Part shown: one piece after another, positions 40,001-50,284 of the stretch
Numbering within the stretch: position 1 is the first letter of the stretch
Layout of the letters: each line of letters begins with the position of its first letter
Assembly (NCBI GenBank): GCA_000934665.2
Contig: JYFJ02000332.1
Location: forward strand, 62,001-126,000
From: Catajapyx aquilonaris
Taxonomy: Eukaryota
Length of the DNA: 64,000 nucleotides
Reading direction: 5' to 3'
Translations under genes and position numbers: made by a program
Notes under the pieces: model-generated
Seen by the model: only the letters and a program-made list of their open reading frames with translations
The model's database searches: none
What the model was told of the DNA's origin: nothing

Positions 40001-41714
40001 TGGTACAAATTGGAATATGTATAGAGATGTGCAGTACGCAAGTGTACACTTCATAGGAGAGTGGGTACCCCCTTGTTGTACTATTATAATGCTACATCTT
40101 ATTATTTGGCCCAATAGGTTCCTCAGATGATCACCATCTCATTCAATGGTGCTGTGAATGTGGACAACATTGATCTTTACATTGACGTTTTCAACGGACA
40201 AAGACAGAACCCCAACGGATGCTCCATCAAGGGGACCTACTTTGTATCACACAAGTACTCCAATTATTCAGCTGTTCAGGAGCTTCACAGGTATGTTCCT
40301 TGATAAAGCTTAAAGCTCCCACTACACCACCTATTCTACCTTATTATTCATGTTTGTCTCAAAAACAGTCTCAAATGAAGAGATGCAGGCTCTCTCAGCA
40401 ATGTTCTCGCACAAAAGTCGATTAATTTATCCTATTCACTTTAAATGCACAACTAAATTCTGCCTTCTGCCTATCGAATAAGACAAATGCTGAATTTAAA
40501 TAATTTCAAAATAGGTTTTCTGTATAAGGGGTAGACATTTCTTGTAGCCTCTTATTCTTATAAGTTAAAATCACCAGTAATTAATTTATTTCCTACAGGC
40601 AAGGTCATGAGATTGGTGCATTCTCAATAACTAACAAGCAGGACCCCAAGTATTGGACTGATGGCTCATACGATGACTGGTTGGCAGAGATGGCTGGCAA
40701 TCGCCTCATAATTGAGCGCTTTGCAAACATTACTGATGGAAGTGTCATTGGGGTCCGTGCACCATATCTCCGTGTCGGTGGCAACAAGCAATTTGAGATG
40801 ATGGCTGACCAATTCTTTGTGTATGATGCTTCCATCACAGCTCCACTGGGACGTGTGCCTATCTGGCCATACACCTTGTACTTCCGCATGCCCCACAAAT
40901 GCCATGGGAATGCACAAAACTGCCCATCACGAACCCATCCAGTGTGGGAAATTGTCATGAATGAGTTGGATCGAAGGGATGACCCAACCTTTGATGAGAG
41001 GCTACCTGGTTGTCACATGGTCTCCTCCTGCTCCAACATCCAAACTGGAGACCAATTCGCCAAGTTGTTGCGACACAACTTTAACAGGCACTTCAACACC
41101 AATAGGGCACCCTTGGGCTTCCATTTCCATGCTTCCTGGCTCAAGAGCAAGAGGGAGTTTGTCAACGAACTCAACAAGTTCATTGATGAGATGCTCACCA
41201 AGAATGATGTTTACTTTGTCACCATGCTTCAGGTAAAGATTGTTGGAAGACTATATTTACTTTTATGCGCTAATTCCGCTAAAAGCTTTACATACTGTGT
41301 TTAAAAAGGTGGAAAAGTAACATCATGGAGAGATATTTAAAACCTGACTTTCCTTTTCTGAGTAAAAGAGAACCCATGTAATACAAGTCATAAGTTTTCC
41401 TTGTAGTGTAACATTTCTGTGCATTGCATGTGCTAAGAAACAAAATAGGTCCCCTACAAGATGGCATGCTTGTTCATCCACAGGTCATACAATGGATGCA
41501 AAATCCCACCGAGCTCACTGCCCTGCGAGACTTTCAAGAGTGGAAGGAGAAGTGCGATGTGAAAGGCCAGGCATACTGTTCCTTGCCAAATGCTTGTCCC
41601 CTGACTACCCGGGAACTTCCAGGAGAAACCCTTCGCCTTTTCACCTGTATGGAATGCCCACGACACTACCCATGGATCCTTGACCCCACTGGAGATGGAT
41701 CTTCCTTCAAATAA
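34020..41714 (+). CDS. CDA2: Chitin deacetylase 2 (group I, vermiform-like), two isoforms (about 537 and 531 aa) through mutually exclusive exon 3
   Basis: Exons 34020-34059, 35880-36018, [36587-36717 OR 37104-37216], 38118-38267, 38449-38564, 40118-40290, 40599-41232, 41484-41714; GT-AG and phase-consistent. Same ChtBD2-LDLa-CE4 layout as CDA1, with CDA2-type SFNGA and CEGRPAEEYFRL. Confidence 0.96.
36587..36717 (+). CDS. CDA2: CDA2 mutually exclusive exon 3, upstream variant (CDRAGLNGAIRLAAVRCPVGLAFDIDRQTCTWKASVKNCDKLE)
   Basis: ccacag|G ... GAGA|gtaagt, 131 nt, phase 2 in and phase 1 out. Confidence 0.93.
37104..37216 (+). CDS. CDA2: CDA2 mutually exclusive exon 3, downstream variant (CTQSGIKPVTCPSGLAFDIYTQTCDWKAKVHNCDRLE)
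   Basis: actcag|G ... GAGA|gtaagt, 113 nt, same phases as the upstream variant; branch-point-like ACTAAC at 37064-37069. Confidence 0.93.
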
Positions 41715-41818
41715 AACATCTTACGAAACAGATATGCAAAAAAAAATTGAAAAATGGTGATCTGTGAAGAAGACAAGTGACTTTTTCCCCTCTCTCCATG
41801 TTACTGTGCACTCCCTGT

Positions 41819-41873
41819 CTGCCATGAGTTGTCTTTCTTTCTTAACTCAAGAAAAAAAGACAACTCATGACAG
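41819..41873 (+). other. Long stem-loop in the CDA2 3'UTR
   Basis: CATGAGTTGTCTTTCTTTCTT-AACTC-AAGAAAAAAAGACAACTCATG: 21-bp stem with one mismatch and a 5-nt loop, extendable by a few base pairs. Confidence 0.85.
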
Positions 41874-42965
41874 CTCATACTCAAGTAGTTGATTACAAAA
41901 TAACATGACAAGAACAAGAAAAAAAGTATGTTGTGTTTGCAGAGTGCAGGACTGTTCAATGCTCAGTGTCACTCTGCCACCATCTAGTCCACTCTTGTGG
42001 GGCTCGTTAGATCTTATGTGCTTTCCGGGTTATTATTATTATTATTATTTTTGAAAAGAGGAGGAAATAATTTGTGGTGTAGCTATGTAGGTGTTTTGTA
42101 CAAATTTTAATTCTGTAATAAAACATTTGGTGCCGAAAGTGAAACATGAATTGACCTTCCCAGCATCGTATATTTTGGAGTAGGTACAAAACAGTCACAT
42201 GCAGGATTACAGGAACAATGACTTTCAATAATAATAATAATATTCTTAAGAAGCCAGTTTGCAGACTTGGAGATTTGACTAGTGTTATAGTGACTTGTAA
42301 ATGCCCTGCTGATTGAAATGTAAAACAAGCCATCTGACAAGATCAAAATCCACTCCTGAATCAGACCTAAAACTCTTCCAGTACAGCTTACATGAGTGGC
42401 ACATACAGGATAAAAATAGCAATCCTTTGCTTTCTTTTTCTTGTTCGAACTGTTATGTCCCAATTCTTCCAAATACGGAGATAATAATTAAATCACATAT
42501 ACATGACTTGAACCTGTCATGTCTTAATTGGCTGAGAATTAAGATATCTTATACATATCTAAAAATGTGTCATATTCACTGTGCATAGTTTGGGCCTTAC
42601 TGTCCAGCAATAACGGCAATAAAAGTTAATGTGCTTGTGGACAATCTACCTAGCAACAGTGCCAAAATTGTACTCTATTAATGATAGTGATGGAAATAAT
42701 AGATTTGACAAACTCCACGATCCTTCCTCTTTTTTCCAGCACAGCCAAACATTGTACCCTACTTGCAGACTAGCAGCCAATTGAAATGTACCTCTGGGTG
42801 TCATGATACCACACCCCTTACGTACCTGCTGTTAAATGCAAGCCCATATTCCTGATCATCTCTGCTTGCCCTTGTACTAAAATTAGATATTCCTGCTTGT
42901 ACTGTCAGACCCACATCAGACCTCAGGTATTGAAATTACTTCTCCTTTTTTGCTGCTGATTCCAG

Positions 42966-45900
42966 TCATTCCAATTTTGGTGCTGAAAATGAACCACATA
43001 TACGATACATAACAACATTATTTACATTCATATCCCTATTAAAGCAGAGAATTTTAATGAATGCTACCTTTTTGAACCCCTTTCTTGGACATTTCACTTC
43101 TTTCAATAAAATTATTTGTGCAACGTAGAATCCTGTGCAGCCAGGACAGGGGGTCAAAGAAATTGAATTCCTCCTGAAAAGAATGGTTTGGCAGGTCATT
43201 TCAAATTTACACATTAGATGTCAAGCAAATCCTTTCATTTCCCATCTCAACCCATCAATTCATTTACCCATAAATAATAATTTAAAACACCACAAAATAT
43301 AGTTTCCAAAACTATCACATTGTTCTTACCAGACTTCGGTGATACACAACGCATCCGTAAACACAACCAACTGAAAGGATCATTTGAACTAGCAGCCATA
43401 TGACAATATTGAGTCCCTGCGTATGTTCAAACAGGTCTTTTCCAAACTTAATGCAGATTATTGCCTCAGTGAACATTATGGCACCATACACCCAACATTG
43501 AGTTCCAACCCTCTTGCATTGAGTGTCCGTCACATAGGAGTAGTACTGCCTGAAAAGAGCCTTGCATTATGACAGATACACAACATGTAAAATAGTAAGC
43601 TACCTTATTGTAGGAGACACTATCAAGCCAATGAGTGCAAGTCGCCCCAATACAATGGGATGAGCAGGGGGCATTTCAAAAATGTGTTTTAGAAAAAAAG
43701 TATTGAGCTCAGTTATTTGCCAGAATATGACAAGTTGGCACACAGCAAGGTAGCGCATGTAACTGCAAGTTGGATCTAGCCATCGTACATGCGTCCAGCT
43801 CTCTGGCGTGAACTGGAGTACAGCACGCTTTATTTTTCCAGTTGTACTGTGGATGTCCCTGTTTTGAAAAAGAATAACAGAATTCAATTTTCCAATGCCC
43901 TTGGAGTAGCTGAGGATAACTTGGGTACTTACTTGATGCTCTCCCACTTGTACTCACGCATCTCCAGCACCCTGCAAAGCTGAAGTCCAGCCCATATTCC
44001 CAGGCCATTGCACAGCAGTATGTCAAGGCCTAGGGCATCCCACCAACATTCGACAAAGTTGGGAAGCAAGTGTGCGAATGCCACCTGAAAATATTTTGCT
44101 TGAGAATGTCCCATAGCACCTAGTGAAACACAAAACTTCAGATACAAACCTCGGTAATTTCCCACATTACACTAATGGTCCATAGGATACCGTAGTGCCG
44201 CACTAACACAGCTTTCATCATCCACCCAAAGAAGTGGCCACATGCAAAAACATCTACATGGCTCCATACCCTCTCAAAGGTGATATCTGAGCAGTTGACA
44301 CCATACTCCTGAAAATTGAAGTATTAATTTATTTGAATACTACAAGGTTCTCAATTAACTTTTCATGCACCACTCACTGACACCCAAAACACCCTACACC
44401 TAATTGCACAATAACACACTTTCACACATCTTGCATTTCTCTTCCTGCCATAAAGTCATGCTCATTTAAAACACATCACAATCTTAGTGGAACATATAAT
44501 TATTACGTACACACAAAGAATTCCCATTTCAAGGACTTATTGTGACAATGCAAGGTATTTCCACAAACCCTTTGGGCAACTTTTCTGGCTTGTGGCAATT
44601 CCTACTCTGGAACAGCCAGGTCACATTCTATTCCAATAATACAGAAATTGCGATTTTAACAGTTAAGTGATTGGTTACTATTCCCATAACAGTGTTGGAT
44701 CACTTAAATCACTATTAATGTTGCAACAAGAGATGAAAGAAATGTGGAATTATGAGCTGGGATGTTAAAATTGGCAAGCATGTAACTTGCAACATGCATT
44801 TATGCAAAATTTGTGGATGCCTCTTCTGAACATCCAGTGATGTGAAAGCTGCACACTGCCTCTCTGACTATGGTTACTCAGGAATTTATAAGATGAAATG
44901 AGGGGTGCGGTGGGAAAAGGTGATAACCCACAAAAGTGCAATTTTTCAGGAGAGCGAATTTAAGTTTGCAGTCTCTTCACTAATCATAGGGAATGCTGGT
45001 TTTGATCCAGTCCATGTTGCCATCTCATGCATGATACATGAACATGGAGTATACCAAACTGTTTGTCATGTCTTTTATATAGTTGGTAATTGTTTAGGTC
45101 AAAAATGACAAAAATGAGGGTTATCACCTTTTCCCACCACACCCCTCAAATGATCCTTGTTGAAGGTGATTTTATCTCCAGTACAGAGATAATCACATGC
45201 CAATTCTCATGTCATCACCATAAAATCGCCAAATTCAGTGAGGGAAATTCCATCTTGGAATGCACAAAAAAAATAGGCTACTTTAGTTGCAAAGTTTCAT
45301 ATTCCTTATAGCACACTCCAGGTAGTTTCATTCTTATAATGCACCATTTTGTTCATCCTTTTGATTTAGATCTCTGGGTAAAAACTTGATATTTTTCTGT
45401 TCTAACTCTAGGGTCAATATTAAATAAAATCAATTGCATTAGCATTAAACTAATTAAAAGTACTCTGAAATCAATGTAACTAGTACCTTTTCCATGTCAA
45501 TGTGAAAATCCTCCAGATCAGGACTAAGCCACAAAATAAGACCTTTCACTGTTTGAAAGTCTTGAAAGAGTAGGAACAGCAACAGCATCAAATAGAGAAC
45601 ACTCAATCCAAACACCATTCTCCATATTGCTGGATGTGGCCTAACAAATGGCCCATTGGGAAATGCCAGGACAGATATGATGAGGAAGAAGAAGAACACA
45701 CACTGAAGCCCACTCCATATGTTGTTCTGGATGTCACTTTCATTCCTTCATTAAAGAAACAAAAATATTTTCATCAGATATCTAACCATATGCATAATGG
45801 CTTCAAGGAAGGTCTCCCTTCATGGAAGCAAAAATTTTGCGAACAAATATTTATCCCAGGATCCCAAAATTCTGCTTGAGATTCATCCCTCTGCAATATC

Positions 45901-47326
45901 ATCACTATGTCAAAACAACTACCAATAATTGCAAAGATTTTTATGAAATAATAATGTGAATGTTCCTAGGATTATTATAATGCTGACAGCTCAATTCATG
46001 CAATACTGCAGAATGTAACTTTGTTGGACATATGTGCAGTGGGCCAAAAGTCCTCTCACTCCCTCATTCATTCTGAACTAATACAGCAACAGCCACAGCT
46101 CATTTGCATTGTGCCAACAATTACAATACCATCACCACTGGTTTTGAATCAAACAAACGTGAGCCCATCTTCAGCATGTTTGATACAGGAGGTAGGGAAT
46201 TCAAAAAAGGGTGCCATGAGGTGTATCGGTATTGATTTTATAGGTAAAGATTAGTAGGACATGATGACAGTTCTCACTTAACCAAAGTGGGTGCTTTCCA
46301 CAGTACTGGTAACTTGTTACATGCAAGAAAAATAACGGCACAAAAACAGACCAAACACACCACATTCCTGCTCTAGAAGTCAAAGTAACAGCACACTCTG
46401 TGATTATATACAGCTCTCTAATGGAGAAGGTGCTAGTGATAGCCACTGTTCACACCATTGACACTTCAAGTCCCAAATCATAATCTTTGGCCAGGCAGCA
46501 GGAAATGGGTACAGTTAATCCAGATTGATTCATTATCCTATCGGCCCTGGTTTCAAGATTAGAAAGGGTAGTCGGACTTTTGGTCTGCTCTACATGAGTC
46601 CATATTTGCATATTGATGGCTAATGTTGTGATGTCATGCAAGCATTGGCAAGGTGGGAGAATTGCATTGATATCTTCTTGCACATAGTTACCTGACATGG
46701 CATCTAATTAGCATGTGTAAAAAATTACTTGGTTAAGAATAACGAAATTACGTCACAAGCCAAATGAATGATGAAGTCAAGCTTGATAACAAGATCATGT
46801 GGGCAGCTATTTCACCTGTTTATTGTCACATCTAGGTGTAATTGTGTTGGTCTGATAAGGCTAATCATTAACTACAGCAATGGGATGCAAGTTCTCCACA
46901 AATTCACACCACCTTGCTACCTAAAACTTTGGCCTTGCTCATTAATTTAATTCTAAGTGGGTGTTATTACTGCGGGCCCACATTTGGTATCAGTTCCAAT
47001 ATGCAGATTGGGTAGATGACCTAATGACGCCGACAGTATCCTGTCACATGCCCATGTAATGACTAAGCAGTAATGACAAGTGTGGACCTGGTGAAGGCGG
47101 AATAGATGAGCGCCCCGATGCAGACGGTGAGAAGGGTGATGGTGTGCGGCTTGTAGAAGAAGTCCAGGGAGATGTCGTCCACTGGCTTTTCGTTGATCGT
47201 TGTGAAGTGGTCGGACAGGTCGGACTCGCTGGACATGGTCCTCTGCCGCTGCAGTGGAGGCAGGCTGTGGCGCCGGGCAGGTATGGCGCCGGCCTCAGCT
47301 GCTCCTGCTGCAGAAGCTGCGGACAT
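42966..47326 (-). CDS. PTDSS1: Phosphatidylserine synthase (PTDSS1/Pss, base-exchange type), about 450-470 aa; C-terminal exons uncertain
   Basis: Exons 47326-47088, 45745-45487, 44308-44150, 44084-43933, 43858-43604, 43549-43330, then probably 43173-43068 and 42982-42966. Motifs: [68 protein letters not shown]. Confidence 0.94.
44900..45147. mobile_element. MITE with 30-bp TIRs, GAG...CTC termini and 4-bp AAAT TSD (Sola-like), in PTDSS1 intron 2
   Basis: GAGGGGTGCGGTGGGAAAAGGTGATAACCC (44900-44929) is the reverse complement of 45118-45147 with one mismatch. AAAT lies on both flanks (44896-44899, 45148-45151). Confidence 0.88.
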
Positions 47327-47527
47327 CTCCCTCCTCCGACCATGGGGTCTTCTGACTGGAATGATTCATCCAGGCGCGCACAGAGGGAAGCACCACCTGC
47401 ACACCGCCTACTCCCTGTGCAACTCCGATTGCAGCTACTTAGCTCAGCAGCTGCGCTTCTTTCAGTAGCAAGTTTTAATCATATGGCTGTGGTGTTGGTT
47501 TTGACCAGTGGTATGTCTTTCTGAACC
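47327..47527. promoter_or_regulatory. Probable bidirectional promoter and 5'UTRs shared by PTDSS1 and mTERF3
   Basis: Only 201 nt separate the divergent ATGs; the region is locally CpG-rich inside an otherwise CpG-poor block. Confidence 0.8.
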
Positions 47528-50228
47528 ATGAATTCAGTGTGCAAGCAATTCAGGCACTGCTTCAGGACCCTGAGTGCACCTAGTGTCCGTACCTACACCG
47601 ACACCCAAATGTCAACAGGAAAACTGTCCACTTCGCTTCAGGTGCTGCGGGATGACAGTGACTTTTCAGCAGATGAGCTGCTTGACAAGCCAAGGGACCC
47701 ATTGGGACCAGCTGATCCCGAGGAAATATCTGAGGTTACCCCACATATGGATCAAAGTTTCAACTTTGCAGCTTATGTGAACCGCTCTCCTACACTTCAA
47801 AAACTTGTCGACTTGGGCGTAGATCTGTCCAAGCTTGAGCGCCGGGCAGGCATACCTCAATTCATTGTGCGTCTTGACTATGACCAGGACATGGCTCCAC
47901 GAATTGACTTCCTCCAAGACACTGGTGTTCTGCAGGAAGAACTGGGTGCATTCCTCACCCGGAATCCACTCATATTCAAAGCAAACCTGGACAATCTAAG
48001 AGCTCGTGTGGAGTACTTAAAGTCAAAGAAGTTTGATTCCAGCATGATAGCTCAGGTGGTGACCAGGGACCCTTACTGGCTCATGTTTGGTGTGGATCGG
48101 ATTGATAGGCGGTTGGGACATTTCCAGAAGACATTTCAGTTGAGTGGTGATCAGCTGCGTGGATTGGCAGTGGCACAACCACGTCTCATAACCTACAACA
48201 TGTTTCACATCAAGGTTAGTGACTGGTCTCACCCTCCTGCAAAAAATACAACAATCCTTCCATGCAAGAAAGTCCCAAGTTTCATTAAACTAGGCTCGCT
48301 CATTACGGGCCAGTTGCACCACTTCCAGTGAGCTCTACTAGTTGATTCATTTACACTTCCACCTGTGCCTGCGTGCCTGGCTTCTAGGCACTGCCTGTGG
48401 GGATACATGGCTGTTTTCCCCAGCAGTGTACAATAAAGTAGTTAATAATTTAAATTAATTTTGGATAATTTGCATGGAATTGACCAGCTGGAAAATGTGC
48501 TGGAGGTGGTGCAACTAGATCTAAATGTGCACCATGTAACTAATAGATAAGGGAGTGTATTTAATGTACTATCAAGCACACAAATCAGCCTAAATTCATT
48601 TTCCCCCGCTTAATCTTCAACTACACATGCTGGTCAATAGCATATGCAAGGTGCTTTTTGTGCAGTTGAATCTGAGGAGTTAGTTGCATTATTCTGACCA
48701 GCCTTTTTTGGTTTTATTTCAGAAAATGACATTCATGATCAAGGAAGAAATGGGGTTCAATCTTGATGAGATGAAGGCCTTATTGATGAAGAGACCAAGG
48801 ATCTGGATGCTAGGTATTGAGCCGAGAAAGAATTCTGGTCAGAAGTACTTGCAATAATACAGACATGCCAGCCGATAGCATTCAGCTTGCTATAATACAT
48901 GAATTAGTCTATCCAGGATTGCAGTGGATATTTGGACATTACCAATACATATTTTATAGCAATCCCCTCCGTGACTGATTGGCTACCACGTTAGCACCGA
49001 AACTTCCATTCCAGTCTTGGAGTAGACGGGCCGTAGATTAAAAAGCAATACATTTTCATTGTCATTGCCATGTCAATGTCATGCTAGAAGAAACTGTGTA
49101 TCTTAAAAGAAAGTGTCAAGTGCATCGCACTTCATTTGCCATTACTCTTTTAATGCCAAGTTGCCTGTGAAAGCAAGCCACCTAGTATGAAACGGTTACA
49201 CACCACTCATGATTGTACAGGATGTCCCACTAGCTACTTTACCTGCCATTTCGGTAATAACTTGAACATAAATAAAGATGTCGCATCGAAATTTGACGTG
49301 AACTTACCTCATTCTGTGAGAAAGGAATGGCATCAGTGGATCACAACATATGGGTGAAATAACCCCCATTTGCATCCAGGCAGGCCTGAACATGACACTG
49401 CATATTTTGGAAGGTCCTGAGGCACTGCCTCAATTTTTTGGTTGATGTTTTTTTTTTTTCAAGGCTTCGATGGATCATGGTTTGTTTTAGTATGTGTGCC
49501 ACACATTACATGCCACCATGGCCTATATTCAGTCCTTTCTCAGCAACGGAGTCATTTCGAAGGGACTTTGGCCACTGCGATCGCAGTTCTTATTCTTCTA
49601 ATTCGTCCTATGGAACTTTCTGAAAGGGCAGGTGTACTGAAACAAACCACAATCCATGGATGCCTTGAAAGAAAACATCATCAAAAAAATTCAGGCAGTG
49701 CCTCAGGACATGCTGGCCAGGACCTTCCAAAATATGGAGCATTGTGTTCAGCCCTGCCTGGACGCAAAGTGGAGGCCATTTCAACCACATGTTGTGATGC
49801 CATTTCCTTTCTCACCGTATGAGGTAAGTTCACTTAAAATTTCGTTGCGATAACATCATGTTAAAGTTATTAAAGAAATGCCAGGTAAAGTAGCTAGTGG
49901 GACACCCTGACTATCTGTAGCTAACATTTTGTAATTCTCTCTTCCAACAGAAGGTGACAGATTGATGGAAAGGTTCAACTATGTCCACAATGTCATGGAG
50001 CGAACACACACAGACCTGCTCAACTTCCCAGAAGTCCTAACCAGTCGAGAGTTCCGCCTGAGGCAGCGACACCTTTTCCTGAAATCCCTCAAGAGGGATC
50101 AATTTGACCCATGTAAACCTTCTTATGTCAGTCTCTCTGCTCTGATTAAGGGAAATGATGCTGAGTTCTGCCAAAATGTTGCTAAATCATCTGTTGATGC
50201 CTTCAATGCCTTCCTGAAAACCTTGTGA
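47528..50228 (+). CDS. MTERF3: Mitochondrial transcription termination factor 3 (mTERF3/MTERFD1), about 351 aa, 3 exons
   Basis: Exons 47528-48214, 48723-48813, 49951-50228 (1056 nt). Basic, Ser-rich N-terminus resembling a mitochondrial presequence; SFNFAAYVNRSPTLQKLVDLGVDLSKLE, IKEEMGF, RLRQRHLFLKSL, C-terminal AFLKTL. Confidence 0.93.
48307..48521. mobile_element. Old MITE-like inverted-repeat element in mTERF3 intron 1 (possibly PIF/Harbinger type)
   Basis: AGTTGCACCACTTCCAG (48312-48328) is inverted at 48500-48516 with one mismatch; the ends and TSD are degenerate. Confidence 0.45.
49218..49909 (+). mobile_element. Non-autonomous fold-back Tc1/mariner derivative with a transposase C-terminal remnant, in mTERF3 intron 2
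   Basis: TA|CAGGATGTCCCACTAGCTACTTTACCTG at the left end is inverted at the right end (...CAGGTAAAGTAGCTAGTGGGACACCCTG). The internal decayed frame GVISKGLWPLRS...LWNFLKGQVY*NKPQSMDALKENI matches the WPPRSPDL...WG.LK..VY pattern of Tc1/mariner DDE/D transposases. Confidence 0.9.
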
Positions 50229-50284
50229 TGGGGAACTTGCAAAGACCTGAGGCAGGTATAGGAAATGCACACATGTATTGCCAG

